DNA of 64,000 nucleotides from Fibrobacteria bacterium (GCA_050294405.1 JBNKOC010000012.1:1-64000); one strand, 5' to 3'. Shown: positions 19,283-29,421, numbered from the stretch's first letter. The notes: generated from the letters alone by a model not told the origin. Program-made: numbers and translations.

Positions 19283-22207
19283 ATGGGGATAAAATGCTTC
19301 CATAGCCTTAAAATGGTATTTTCCATTTTTTTGCCCATATCCATTTGCTTTGGGCAATCGGGCTTATACGAGTTTGGAAACGAATACGCTGGAACACAAA
19401 CTTTGTATTTTTTGGAATTGCCTGTTAGCGCCTCCAATATATCTCTGGGTGGAAGAGGGCTTACTTTGGATGAAGGAGCCACAATGGCTTTTAGCAATCC
19501 AGCCAATCTCGCTAAAAATAAAAATTATCTCTATGGATTTAGCCACGGGGAAATCCTGGGAGAGTTTCGGCATGAATACATTGGGGCCGTACTTCCCCTT
19601 CGTAACATGGGATCGATAGGCTTAGGGGCTAATGTATTGACCAGCGGCGCTATTCCCGAATACGGAGCGGATGACAGTTATCTGGGAACTTTTTCTGAAC
19701 TGGATGTGGCTTTGGGCTTAAGCTATGGTAAGTACATTTTAGCCAGAACTGTTTCGGCCGGAATCAGTTTGGAAGTTTTAAGAGGGCAAATTGACGATGC
19801 TTCCACTTTTGGCTATGGAATAACATCTGGCCTTTCCTGGTTTATAGGTTGGGATTTAATGTTAGCAACAACATTTCACCATTTGTCCCACGGTGTGCGT
19901 TATGACACCCGTCGCAACAAATTAGAGGATATTCCTCAGTTTGTGAGTGTTGAAATGGGAAAAAGAAAAGGCCTTGGCAAATTTGCCTGGAATCTGGGGG
20001 CGAGCAGTCATAACTCCGGCAAAAAAATCATGTATGGCGGAGGCCAATTGTTTTTATTTAACGCTCTTAGCATTAATCTTGGCTATGAAAAAAAACTGGA
20101 CGATAATGAGTTGGAGTTTTATTCGGGCAGCTCCGTGGGCGTGGGAGTAGTCAGAAATGGCCTCCAGGTTGATGCCGGGTTAAAACTAGCGCCTCCCTTG
20201 GGCAACTACTTCTATCTTACTTTGGGATTTACCCAGAAGGGAAAAGGGGATTACAGCGAAAGAGAACTTTTACTTAGAGCCAAGGATAAATACAAAAATG
20301 GGAATTACCAGGAAGCCTTAATAATAGTTGAAAATATATTAAGGAGGAATAGCAAACAATGGACCGCCCTTTCCTTAAAAACCAAAATTTTAAAAGAGCT
20401 GGAAAAAGAAAAGGGTAATACCCTATCCATTTTTTATACCGCCAATACCTGGGGCCAGGTATACCCGGTATATGAAAATGACAAAAAATTAGGTGGCATA
20501 TTCAGAAGATCCACAGTTTTAAAAAAGTACAGGGATAAGTTTAAAACATCTTTGCTGGTGGATGCAGGTGGAATTACCTTGCTGGGTTCTGCGGACAGCA
20601 TGAACCAAAAGTTACACGAGGCTTATGGAAAAATAAATTACGATGTTATTAATCTTGGGTTGGGAGAACTTAGAACTTTTCCGCTAAAATTAAAAAACAA
20701 CTACCAATTGACAGGAAATCCATATGTATCTGGAAATGTATCTAACCTGGAATGGTCTAATGCGGTGGCCAGCCACAAAATTTTAGTAAAGGGAGGGGGG
20801 CTGAATTTAGGAGTTTCGGGGGTGATTGATCCCTTGGTCCTGGACGATTCCCTGAGTTACCAATATGTTTTAAAGGAACCCGAAATCCCATTAAATTCCT
20901 TTAATATCAATCAAAGGGATAGTGTAAATATTTGGGTGGTATGTTATTACGGAAACCTGGAAAAGGCGAAAAGCATTGCTAAAAATTATAAGAATATTGA
21001 TGTAATTGTTTTGGGGAACCATCCCAAAACTTTGGACCCTCCCGTGGTGGTGGGGAATACCATTATTGTTTCACCGGGAAGCATGGGGCGAAACCTTGGG
21101 TTTTTAAGGTTGAATCTTAATGTTAAAAATAAAATAAAATCTTTTGGCAATGAATTTATTGAGTTAAACCGGCATGTATCTGATGACCCCTCCATTGCGA
21201 AAATTTTCGCCGCGGATCCCAACAGGGGAGTAAGGCAATTTCAAAAAGGAAAAGAGGAAGAAATATACCAGGAGTTTTTTCCTTTTGTTAGAAGGGAAAA
21301 GTCAGGAGAAAGCCGTAAAATTTATTTGAAAAATGTGGAAAAAAATCTCGATCACTCCTTTGAGCAAAAAGGCTTGGATTGCCATTCTCCTAAACTCCAG
21401 TTTTCCAAAAAACGGATTTTATATCTATGTGAGGAAAATAACATTTCGGTGCTTTATTCCCAGCAAGTGGATTCGAAAGTGGGAATACGAATTTCGCCCG
21501 ATAACATGGATGTCAGCAGTTTTCAATGGGGCCTATCGGGAAACTGGATATTCGCGGCAGCTTCTAACAATCTTGAAAGCGGATTGTTTAAATTTACACC
21601 CACCGGCAATCAGGTAGACAGGTTAACAAGTACAAAATTGGGCAAAATAATAGATTTCCATGTGGGGAATAATGCTGAGAGAATTGCAGTTATAGCACAG
21701 CAATTTGACCGGGATCAATTATGGCTTGTAGATAAGAATTTTGAAACTCCTTTAAGAATCAGTTCTCAGGAAAAACACGCTTCTAAACCAGGATGGGATG
21801 TTACAGAAAACTGGCTGTCTTTTGTGGAGCGAAACCCAAATGACAGAAATGATGAAAGCTTGAAATTGTTTAATCTTGCCGATGGCCAAATAATTGATGT
21901 AACAACTAACATATCCATACATAGCTATTGCTGGGGACCTTACGGCGAGAAAATATATTACAGTACTGGAGTTAATTTTTATGATATAAATGTTTATGAT
22001 ATAAATACTAAAGTCCACTCGAAACTTTCTAACAATGCGGAACAGCTTCGAAGTGAAACAAACCCAATTCCCTTTATTTATCAAAAAAGGCTGGGAATAC
22101 TGTTTGAATCAAAAGAAAACCAAAATTTCAATATCCGCTGGGTAGATTTAGAGGACAAAAAGGAAATTAAAATCATCACTTTGCCTGGAGAAAATAAGCT
22201 ATTTTAA
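19283..22207 (+). CDS. Multidomain outer-membrane protein: PorV/PorQ-family beta-barrel + TPR + degenerate 5'-nucleotidase-like domain + TolB-like beta-propeller
   Basis: Signal peptide; FLELPVSASNISLGG...FSNPANLA (PorV/UPF0164 N-terminus) and alternating beta-strands; YKNGNYQEAL TPR; IFYTANTWG/GGIFRR/LLVDAGG/IDVIVLGNH metallophosphoesterase-like segments; TolB-like repeats (KPGWD, SYCWGPYGEKIYYS). Confidence 0.7.
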   Translation: MGIKCFHSLKMVFSIFLPISICFGQSGLYEFGNEYAGTQTLYFLELPVSASNISLGGRGLTLDEGATMAFSNPANLAKNKNYLYGFSHGEILGEFRHEYIGAVLPLRNMGSIGLGANVLTSGAIPEYGADDSYLGTFSELDVALGLSYGKYILARTVSAGISLEVLRGQIDDASTFGYGITSGLSWFIGWDLMLATTFHHLSHGVRYDTRRNKLEDIPQFVSVEMGKRKGLGKFAWNLGASSHNSGKKIMYGGGQLFLFNALSINLGYEKKLDDNELEFYSGSSVGVGVVRNGLQVDAGLKLAPPLGNYFYLTLGFTQKGKGDYSERELLLRAKDKYKNGNYQEALIIVENILRRNSKQWTALSLKTKILKELEKEKGNTLSIFYTANTWGQVYPVYENDKKLGGIFRRSTVLKKYRDKFKTSLLVDAGGITLLGSADSMNQKLHEAYGKINYDVINLGLGELRTFPLKLKNNYQLTGNPYVSGNVSNLEWSNAVASHKILVKGGGLNLGVSGVIDPLVLDDSLSYQYVLKEPEIPLNSFNINQRDSVNIWVVCYYGNLEKAKSIAKNYKNIDVIVLGNHPKTLDPPVVVGNTIIVSPGSMGRNLGFLRLNLNVKNKIKSFGNEFIELNRHVSDDPSIAKIFAADPNRGVRQFQKGKEEEIYQEFFPFVRREKSGESRKIYLKNVEKNLDHSFEQKGLDCHSPKLQFSKKRILYLCEENNISVLYSQQVDSKVGIRISPDNMDVSSFQWGLSGNWIFAAASNNLESGLFKFTPTGNQVDRLTSTKLGKIIDFHVGNNAERIAVIAQQFDRDQLWLVDKNFETPLRISSQEKHASKPGWDVTENWLSFVERNPNDRNDESLKLFNLADGQIIDVTTNISIHSYCWGPYGEKIYYSTGVNFYDINVYDINTKVHSKLSNNAEQLRSETNPIPFIYQKRLGILFESKENQNFNIRWVDLEDKKEIKIITLPGENKLF

Positions 22208-22214
22208 AATTCCT

Positions 22215-23222
22215 ATGGAATACCAGGATATATCACCCTTAATTAGCAAATTCCTTAGTAGCAAAGATTTTAAGGAAAATTTTAGCATTTATTTAGCCGG
22301 AACTGCTGGCTCCCAACGTCTCTACTATCGGCTTGAAAAAGGGATTATATCCTATATATTGTTGGTTTCCCCGAAAAGCGATTCTGACTTCGCTAAATTT
22401 TCCCGTCTCACCCAATTTTACAGGTTGCTGGATTTTCCGGTGCCCCAGATTTTTTGCATAGATGATTTAAGCTATCAGGTGCTGTTGGAGGATTTAGGAG
22501 ATGTAAGGTTGTATGATTATACCAAACAAAGTCAAAATCCTCTTCTACCGGTATACAAAAAAAGCATAGATACTTTGATTGAGTTGCAAACTCTGTGTTT
22601 TGCCAAACATTATGAAAGCCCGGATATACTATCCCGGATTTTTGATTTTGATGATTTGAGGTGGGAGACTAATTATTTTTTTGAAGAATTTTTGCTATCA
22701 AAACTTGGCTTAAAATTTTCTGAACAAGATAAAAATAAAATTTTTTCGGCTTTTGATAATTTGGCGCAAACAGTAGATAGCCAGCCTAAAACCATTATGC
22801 ATCGAGATTTTCAAAGTCAAAACATTATGGTTTGTGAGGGGAAAATAAGGGTTATCGACTATCAGGGCAGTCGCTTGGGCAGCCGTTATTACGATATGGC
22901 TTCATTGCTTTTGGATCCCTATCAACAACTTGAAGAAGGGTATATCAAAGAATTGTTTGCCTACTATCACGGGAAATCTTTAAGTTCTTTGAGTTTGGAT
23001 GAATCCTATTCTCATTTTTTGCTGGCTGGTTCACAAAGGGTTATGCAAGCCTTAGGGGCTTTCTGCTTTTTGTCAGAAAAAAAAGGATTAACAGGTTTTG
23101 CAAAGCATATACTGCCCGCTTATAAAACTTTAAAGAGAATTTTAAAAGAAGCGCAATTAAATAATCTGGAAAAGCTTTTGTTACCTGCTATTGAAGATAA
23201 TGTATCTCAATTAATTTCTTAG
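22215..23222 (+). CDS. AmgK-like anomeric MurNAc/GlcNAc kinase (aminoglycoside phosphotransferase fold)
   Basis: GSQRLYYRL, LLEDLGD, MHRDFQSQNIM, IDYQG, YDMASLLLDPY and QRVMQALGAF. Confidence 0.8.
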   Translation: MEYQDISPLISKFLSSKDFKENFSIYLAGTAGSQRLYYRLEKGIISYILLVSPKSDSDFAKFSRLTQFYRLLDFPVPQIFCIDDLSYQVLLEDLGDVRLYDYTKQSQNPLLPVYKKSIDTLIELQTLCFAKHYESPDILSRIFDFDDLRWETNYFFEEFLLSKLGLKFSEQDKNKIFSAFDNLAQTVDSQPKTIMHRDFQSQNIMVCEGKIRVIDYQGSRLGSRYYDMASLLLDPYQQLEEGYIKELFAYYHGKSLSSLSLDESYSHFLLAGSQRVMQALGAFCFLSEKKGLTGFAKHILPAYKTLKRILKEAQLNNLEKLLLPAIEDNVSQLIS

Positions 23223-24125
23223 GTTTTCCACCCACCAATTAAGCATTTCCTGAAGGGTTTGGTCAATGGGAATTGCGGGCTCCCATCCCAGGCTGTTTTT
23301 GATTTTGTTGTAATTTCCCAGAAAAACGGGAATGTCCGAAGGGCGCAATCGATTGGGATCTTGTTCGATTTCCACTTTAATTCCTGAAAAATTAATTAAC
23401 TTATTTAATAGTTCGGATATGGCAAAGGCTTTTCCGCTACAAACATTATAAACTTCTCCATGTTCTTTTTTATTTCCCGCTAAATCGTAAGCTCTGCATA
23501 CATCACGAACATCCACAAAATCTCTTTGGGCGTCTAAATTGCCAACCTTAATAACTGGCGGTTTTAACCCTAACATGATTTCTGCAATTTGCCTGGAAAA
23601 ACTCCCAAGGACAAAAGAATCGGCTTGTCCGGGTCCGGTATGGTTAAACAAACGCAACAAGGTTACGTTAAGCTTTATGTTGGTAGATAAATTTCTTACA
23701 AGATAGTCTGTAACGATTTTGCTAATGGCATAGGGATGCCTGGGTTCAAAGCCATTTTCTTCTGTCAAAGGTTGAGTGCTGCCTTTATAAACCTCGGAAG
23801 TACTGGCTAAAACAATTTTACACTCATAATCCATTTCATGGACAATTTTCAATAAATTTACTGTGGTATTAACATTATCAAAAATAGTATCAAAGGGCCG
23901 CTGGATAGAAAGTTGCACACTGCTTTGGGAAGTTAAGTGGAAAATTTTATCAAATTTATGTTGAGCCAGAATTTTTTTGGAGCCTTCAATGTCCAGCAGA
24001 TTTAATTGAATTATATGGGGGCCCATCTGATATCGGGAGCTTACATAAACTTCAGAATCCTTTTCCAGATAATTGCGTAAATATCCCCCGACAAAGCCTG
24101 TTCCACCTGTAATTAACACTGCCAT
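23211..24125 (-). CDS. GDP-sugar extended SDR (GDP-4-keto-6-deoxy-D-mannose reductase Rmd-like / Gmd family)
   Basis: ITGGTGFVG, STSEVY, PYAISK, FNHTGPGQ, GNLDAQRDFVDVRD and RLRPSD. Confidence 0.82.
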   Translation of the reverse strand: MAVLITGGTGFVGGYLRNYLEKDSEVYVSSRYQMGPHIIQLNLLDIEGSKKILAQHKFDKIFHLTSQSSVQLSIQRPFDTIFDNVNTTVNLLKIVHEMDYECKIVLASTSEVYKGSTQPLTEENGFEPRHPYAISKIVTDYLVRNLSTNIKLNVTLLRLFNHTGPGQADSFVLGSFSRQIAEIMLGLKPPVIKVGNLDAQRDFVDVRDVCRAYDLAGNKKEHGEVYNVCSGKAFAISELLNKLINFSGIKVEIEQDPNRLRPSDIPVFLGNYNKIKNSLGWEPAIPIDQTLQEMLNWWVENLRN

Positions 24126-24139
24126 TTTTTAATTCTTTT

Positions 24140-24874
24140 TTAAAAGTTTAGACGTTTAAATATAAAATCAGGAATATTTTTGACAAGGAGCATTATATAT
24201 TTCCAATACCAAGGGGTAAAAACAACGGTTTTTTTCTTTTTAATTCCCCTAATAATATCAGCAGCCGCATTTTCGGGAAGTGCCATAAGCCTTGATTCAG
24301 GAAGGTTTTTGGTCATATTTGTTTTTATCATTCCTGGTAGAACAGTTTGAATAAGAATTTGGCCTTGCCCATATTGATGTCTGAGGCCTTCAATAAAAAT
24401 GTTCAAGGCCGCTTTGGAGCTTCCATAATAAAAATTCTTTTTTCTTCCCCGCATGGCTGCCACAGAGGATATAAAAGAAACAAAACTATCGTTTTGGTTT
24501 GGAAGTTTTGAAAGAATTAGATTTGTAATTTGCATTATTCCAAACAAGTTAACTTGATACATGCGTTTAATTTTGTTTATATCGCTCTGGTAATTATCCT
24601 GTGAGTCCATAATTCCCTGGGCAAAAACCGCTCCCGATATATTTGTTTCCTTTAATAAAACCATTAGCTGTTCTATGCTACCGTCCACATTGCTAAAATC
24701 CAATTGGAATATTGGGCAGGAACAGGAAAACTGGTTTTGAATTTCTTGTTGTAAAATTTTGAGTTTTTCCAGATTAGATGCGGAAAGAAGTAGATCCTTG
24801 TTTTCGCTAGCGAACTGCAGGGCTAAAGCCTTTCCAATACCGCCAGTGGCGCCGAATATAATTATAGATCCCAT
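24140..24874 (-). CDS. DprE2-like SDR (polyprenylphosphoryl-2-keto-pentose reductase)
   Basis: GATGGIG, ISSVAAMRGRKKNFYYGSSKAAL and PGMIKT; immediately downstream of the DprE1-like gene. Confidence 0.8.
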   Translation of the reverse strand: MGSIIIFGATGGIGKALALQFASENKDLLLSASNLEKLKILQQEIQNQFSCSCPIFQLDFSNVDGSIEQLMVLLKETNISGAVFAQGIMDSQDNYQSDINKIKRMYQVNLFGIMQITNLILSKLPNQNDSFVSFISSVAAMRGRKKNFYYGSSKAALNIFIEGLRHQYGQGQILIQTVLPGMIKTNMTKNLPESRLMALPENAAADIIRGIKKKKTVVFTPWYWKYIMLLVKNIPDFIFKRLNF

Positions 24875-26193
24875 AACTTTAACCTTTCGGCCATTTCACT
24901 ATTATACATTTTATCTGGATTGAATTTTTTAACGGTGTTCATCCAGTCCTTATATTCTGGATACATTTTTCTAAAAGTAGTGGGAGAAAGACGTGAATCT
25001 TTAGTTAGATAGACCTTGCCTTTATATTTTATAACAATATCATCAAGTTGTTCAAGATTGCGAAGTGTTTTTGCTCCTTTGTTTGGAAAATCAAGAGCCA
25101 GAGTGTATCCTGTTTTACAAAAGGGCAAAAAATTTTCGTCTGTACCGGATTGTTTTAATATGGATATAAAACTTTTTAAACCTAATTCTTGGCATTTCCC
25201 TAATATCTCCTCTAACCCCCTTTCAGCATTAATACTGGGAAGACACAACTGGTATTGAATGAGCCCAGCTTTTCCATACATCTGGTTCCAAATTAGTAAA
25301 CTATCTAATGGATAAAAATAAGGCAACCAATGTATTTTTTTTAAGCCGTTTTTACTTATAGAGTATAAGATTTGGCTAAAAAGCGGAATGCTCAAGTTAT
25401 TAAAAATGGGCAATTTTAATTTTCCAAAATATTTCTTAAAACTTGCCGGAAAGGTTAGAGGATTTCTTAAATTTTTTTCGCCTGTTTGGCTATGCTTGCC
25501 TAAATATATGCAACCTCTGCCTAACTTATTTCCTCTCGCATTAATATCAATCCAGGCAACAGAATAATAAAATTCGGAATTTGGCTTTGAAAGCAAAGAT
25601 AAACTTTCCTTTAGGTTTTTTGATTTTATAGTGTGTTGGACTATCGCTGAGCTGGTAATGGGCAAGAGTTTAAGTTTTACATATAATATGGCTCCGGTCA
25701 ATCCATAACCCCCAAGGGTGCAGTTAAATAGCTCCCTGTTTTTATTTTTTGAGCAAACAACATCTCCATTTGGAGTGGCTACTTTAATCTCTAATACATA
25801 TTTTTCAATGCTCCCATCCACATGGTGGTTTTTTCCGTGTACATTGCTAGCCACAGCCCCGGCAATAGTTACATATTGAGTTCCAGGTGTAACTGGGGGG
25901 AAAAAGCCAAAAGGTAAAACGGATTCTATAATTTTCCGGAAATTAACAGCCGGTTCCAGGGTTATTTCCCCATTAGCCTTATCGAAATGTATTACTTTGT
26001 CTTTTGTTTCACTAAGGATGACAGTTCCCTTGTTAGGGGAAAAAGCGGCGTCTCCATAACTATTGCCAGCTCCCCGAATACATATTCCCGTATAATGCTG
26101 GTTTTGATATTTTTCAAGTTTATCAATGTTATCGAAATTCCGTTTTACTTTTAAATTATTTCCCCAACTGTAAAAAATATTTGGTTTTGCCAT
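24862..26193 (-). CDS. DprE1-like FAD-dependent polyprenylphosphoryl-ribose 2'-oxidase
   Basis: RGAGNSYGDAA, PVTPGTQYVTIAGAVASNVHGKNHH, YSVAWID, YFYPLD, GYTLALDF and VYLTKDSR. Confidence 0.9.
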   Translation of the reverse strand: MAKPNIFYSWGNNLKVKRNFDNIDKLEKYQNQHYTGICIRGAGNSYGDAAFSPNKGTVILSETKDKVIHFDKANGEITLEPAVNFRKIIESVLPFGFFPPVTPGTQYVTIAGAVASNVHGKNHHVDGSIEKYVLEIKVATPNGDVVCSKNKNRELFNCTLGGYGLTGAILYVKLKLLPITSSAIVQHTIKSKNLKESLSLLSKPNSEFYYSVAWIDINARGNKLGRGCIYLGKHSQTGEKNLRNPLTFPASFKKYFGKLKLPIFNNLSIPLFSQILYSISKNGLKKIHWLPYFYPLDSLLIWNQMYGKAGLIQYQLCLPSINAERGLEEILGKCQELGLKSFISILKQSGTDENFLPFCKTGYTLALDFPNKGAKTLRNLEQLDDIVIKYKGKVYLTKDSRLSPTTFRKMYPEYKDWMNTVKKFNPDKMYNSEMAERLKLWDL

Positions 26194-27062
26194 TATTGGT
26201 ACTTCATGATAATTGCTACCAAAACCAAATAAGAAAAAATAGAGATGAGGAGGGCCCTGTCTTTAAACAAATCTTTAGCTAGGTCTTCTCCAACTTTTTT
26301 ATCAAAAACCAGATACATATATCGTAGCAGGCCATAAGCCACAATGGGGACAGTGTACAATAAGCCAATGCCGCCATGGACTGAAATAGTATGGGGACTT
26401 AAGGTATAGAGGCTGTAGGTAATAAGGGAAGTGCTTCCGCAAAGGATAATCATGGCTTTTAAAAAGTCTAAAGAATAAGCATGTAGTACCTGGCGGTTAT
26501 CTGAGTTCCAACTTATAAGCTCCGAGTACCTTTTATTAGCCCCCAGAAAAAGGCTAAGCATAAATGTGCAAAGCAAAATCCAGGGAGAAGGATGTATCCC
26601 AATAGCCCAACTGCCTGCTAAAACTCTAAATAAAAATCCCAGGGCTATACAGAATAAATCAATAATGGCCTGATGTTTAAGGTACAAGGAGTATGCAATG
26701 TTAAGTAGGAGATAACTAAATAGCACCAAACCTAATTTTGTGCTCATTATAAAACCTAAGGCATTTCCAATTAGAGTACATAAAACCATCAGGCTAATAG
26801 AAACCTTTATGTTTATTTTGCCGCTTGCAATGGGTCTGTTTGATTTTAAGGGGTGGAGCTTGTCTTTATTTTTATCAATGAGGTCATTAAAAATATATAC
26901 AGCGCTGGACACAAAACAAAAGCCAAAAAATGCAATAAGGGCTGTTTTTAGACTGGAGGTTGAATTCCAGTTTTCGGAAAACAGAATCCCCGCCAAAACG
27001 AAAAAATTTTTGGTCCACTGGTGTGGTCTTAAAATTTTAAAATAAAGCAACACACTATTCAT
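26193..27062 (-). CDS. UbiA-family polyprenyl-phosphate phosphoribosyltransferase (DPPR synthase-like)
   Basis: RPHQWTKN, YIFNDLID..KDKLHPLKSNRPIASG, YSLYLKH, GFLFRVLAG and KRYSE. Confidence 0.9.
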   Translation of the reverse strand: MNSVLLYFKILRPHQWTKNFFVLAGILFSENWNSTSSLKTALIAFFGFCFVSSAVYIFNDLIDKNKDKLHPLKSNRPIASGKINIKVSISLMVLCTLIGNALGFIMSTKLGLVLFSYLLLNIAYSLYLKHQAIIDLFCIALGFLFRVLAGSWAIGIHPSPWILLCTFMLSLFLGANKRYSELISWNSDNRQVLHAYSLDFLKAMIILCGSTSLITYSLYTLSPHTISVHGGIGLLYTVPIVAYGLLRYMYLVFDKKVGEDLAKDLFKDRALLISIFSYLVLVAIIMKYQ

Positions 27063-27184
27063 TTTCAGCTAAATATATAGATATTCCCAAAAAAACTGAA
27101 TAAAAATCCTGAATAAAGCTTTGGTTTTGCAAATACGAGTTATTTTTTTCATATTATTTCATAAAAAAACATAGGGTCAGAACC

Positions 27185-28369
27185 ATGAATTTTTCCATTT
27201 TGTGCCAATTTGAGCGTCCCACAGCTTGTGGAATTCACATGGATGGAAAAGCTAAGGCCCTAATTGCTCTGGGCCATTCGGTATGCTTATTACATCACCC
27301 GTTCAAATACCAGAAAAAATTGCCGGGAAAATTGGAACGGGTCAATCCGAATTATCAGAAAGTGGATATATATTCTTCTTTTTTTGAATCCCCCAAATCT
27401 GGAATTAAAAAATTGCTGTTAATTCCTGTGTTTATGTGGGAACTCTCTAGAGGGTTAAGATTTTTGAGGAAATCCAATTATGTGTTTATACACAAACCCT
27501 TGCCCCTTGGGTTATTGTATATGTATCTGCTTAAATTTTCATTTTACAGAGGCAAAATTATTTCCATCATTGATGATTGGGAAGGGGTAGGGGGAATGGC
27601 TACCATTCGCCAGGCTGATTCCACCGTAAATAAATTATTAGCAACCCTTTCTGACGAACATATTCCTGTAATAGCAAATGGAAATATTTGCAGCTCCCGG
27701 CTATCCCTTAAAAAACTGGAGTTATCGAATAAATCCTCCGGTAAAAATATTTGGATTCCCCTGGGCGCAAGTGAAATTTCTGCAAGCCTGATAAGCAATG
27801 CTAACAAAAAATTCAAAGTGGGCTATGTAGGCTCCTTTAAGTCCAAGCCATTAATAGATTTTTTATGTGAAATTATTCAAAGCACATTAAAAATAGAGGA
27901 GAAAATTGAGTTCACTATTATTGGCGGAGGGGATGACTATCCATATTTGTGTGAAAAAATTGAGAGTTTAAATGTGGGTCAAAACCTAAGGCTTACGGGC
28001 CAGGTTTCCCATGATCAGGTAAACAATTATTTGCAGGAATTTAGCCTCTGTCTTTTGTATTTAAACGATGAATTTCCCGAAAACTATATAGACGCAAGCA
28101 GAAGCAGTACTAAAATGTTTGAATACATGGCAATGGGAAAAATTATTGTAGCTTCGGATTTTGGTGAACCTAAAAATATTATTCGCAATAATAGAACTGG
28201 GTTTTTAGTGGATAATAATCCTGATAAATTTGCTAAAAAAATACACTATGTTTATAAAAACCAGCATTTAATTGGACAAATGGCCCCTAATATTATTTCC
28301 GATTTTAAAAGTAAGTTTTCCCATAACATTCTTATGGGAAAAGTGATTGAGTGGTTGCCAACCCTGTGA
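27185..28369 (+). CDS. Glycosyltransferase family 4
   Basis: GYVGSF, SSTKMFEYMAMGKIIVASD and TGFLV C-terminal GT-B motifs. Confidence 0.85.
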   Translation: MNFSILCQFERPTACGIHMDGKAKALIALGHSVCLLHHPFKYQKKLPGKLERVNPNYQKVDIYSSFFESPKSGIKKLLLIPVFMWELSRGLRFLRKSNYVFIHKPLPLGLLYMYLLKFSFYRGKIISIIDDWEGVGGMATIRQADSTVNKLLATLSDEHIPVIANGNICSSRLSLKKLELSNKSSGKNIWIPLGASEISASLISNANKKFKVGYVGSFKSKPLIDFLCEIIQSTLKIEEKIEFTIIGGGDDYPYLCEKIESLNVGQNLRLTGQVSHDQVNNYLQEFSLCLLYLNDEFPENYIDASRSSTKMFEYMAMGKIIVASDFGEPKNIIRNNRTGFLVDNNPDKFAKKIHYVYKNQHLIGQMAPNIISDFKSKFSHNILMGKVIEWLPTL

Positions 28370-29421
28370 CACAAATTCGGGTTTTATACGATGCCAGGAG
28401 CTTAAAGCCTCAAACCAGGCACTGGGGGCCTGGAGTGGTAACTTCCAAAATATTGGAGCACTTGCCTAAAGAATGTATTACCCAGGGAATTGCCAATTAT
28501 TTTCCCGATGCAGCGCAATTAAATATTAAATGCTGGCCCCATATGGGAATTTTAAACAAAGCCTTGTTTGAGCTGGGCCCCTTTTGGGCTGATCCATTTG
28601 ATGTATATTGGGGCACTAATTTATTTTTACCTTTATATGCAAAATCAAAGCCCAGCGTAGTCACAGTTCACGATCTGCTTATTTTTGATGACCCAAATGA
28701 TCAAAGGGGAGCTAAATATTTCCAAAAAAGATTTGCCTCATCTATTCAAAAAGCCCATAAAATTTTAACAGATTCAAAAACTTCGGCAGATAGATTGCTT
28801 CAATTATTTCCCAATGTTTCAAAAAAAGTTGAAGTTGCCTTATTAGGCTATGAAATGTACGCTCCAAATGATGGAGATAACCAAGAAATAAAGCAACAAT
28901 ATGAATTTGATTATTTAATAATGTTAGGGGCGCATCGTCCCAGAAAACGGTTGGACCTGGTTTTACAGGCTTTGGAAAAAACGAATGAAAAATTTCCGTT
29001 AAAACTTGTGCTTACAGGCAATGTGCATGTTAGTTACAATCAACTATTAGAAAAATATGGTAGTTTAATAGTTCAAACGGGTGTTATTGAAAAATCCAAA
29101 TTAATGGCCTTGATTAAAAATTCAAAAGCCCTGGTTTTTCCCACTAACTATGAAGGGTTCGGATTTCCTGTTTTGGAAGGCATGGCTGTTGAGGCCCCCG
29201 TAATTTGCTCGGATATTCCCATTTTGCGGGAAATAGGAGGTAACGCCGCTATTTATGTGGATTTTGCAGCGGAGAATTGGTCGAAGGCCATAAACGATGT
29301 TTGCGAATCGGCATCCTATGTGAATGAAATTTGCGCAAATGCAAAGGATAACTTGAAAAGGTTTTCATGGTATAAAACGGCTGCCATTTACGAGGCTGCT
29401 TTTCATTCCGCTATTTCTTAA
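28351..29421 (+). CDS. Glycosyltransferase family 4 (MtfB/WbdB-like); alternative start at GTG 28366
   Basis: VVTVHDL, PRKRL and FPTNYEGFGFPVLEGMA...SDIPILREIGG. Confidence 0.88.
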   Translation: MVANPVTQIRVLYDARSLKPQTRHWGPGVVTSKILEHLPKECITQGIANYFPDAAQLNIKCWPHMGILNKALFELGPFWADPFDVYWGTNLFLPLYAKSKPSVVTVHDLLIFDDPNDQRGAKYFQKRFASSIQKAHKILTDSKTSADRLLQLFPNVSKKVEVALLGYEMYAPNDGDNQEIKQQYEFDYLIMLGAHRPRKRLDLVLQALEKTNEKFPLKLVLTGNVHVSYNQLLEKYGSLIVQTGVIEKSKLMALIKNSKALVFPTNYEGFGFPVLEGMAVEAPVICSDIPILREIGGNAAIYVDFAAENWSKAINDVCESASYVNEICANAKDNLKRFSWYKTAAIYEAAFHSAIS

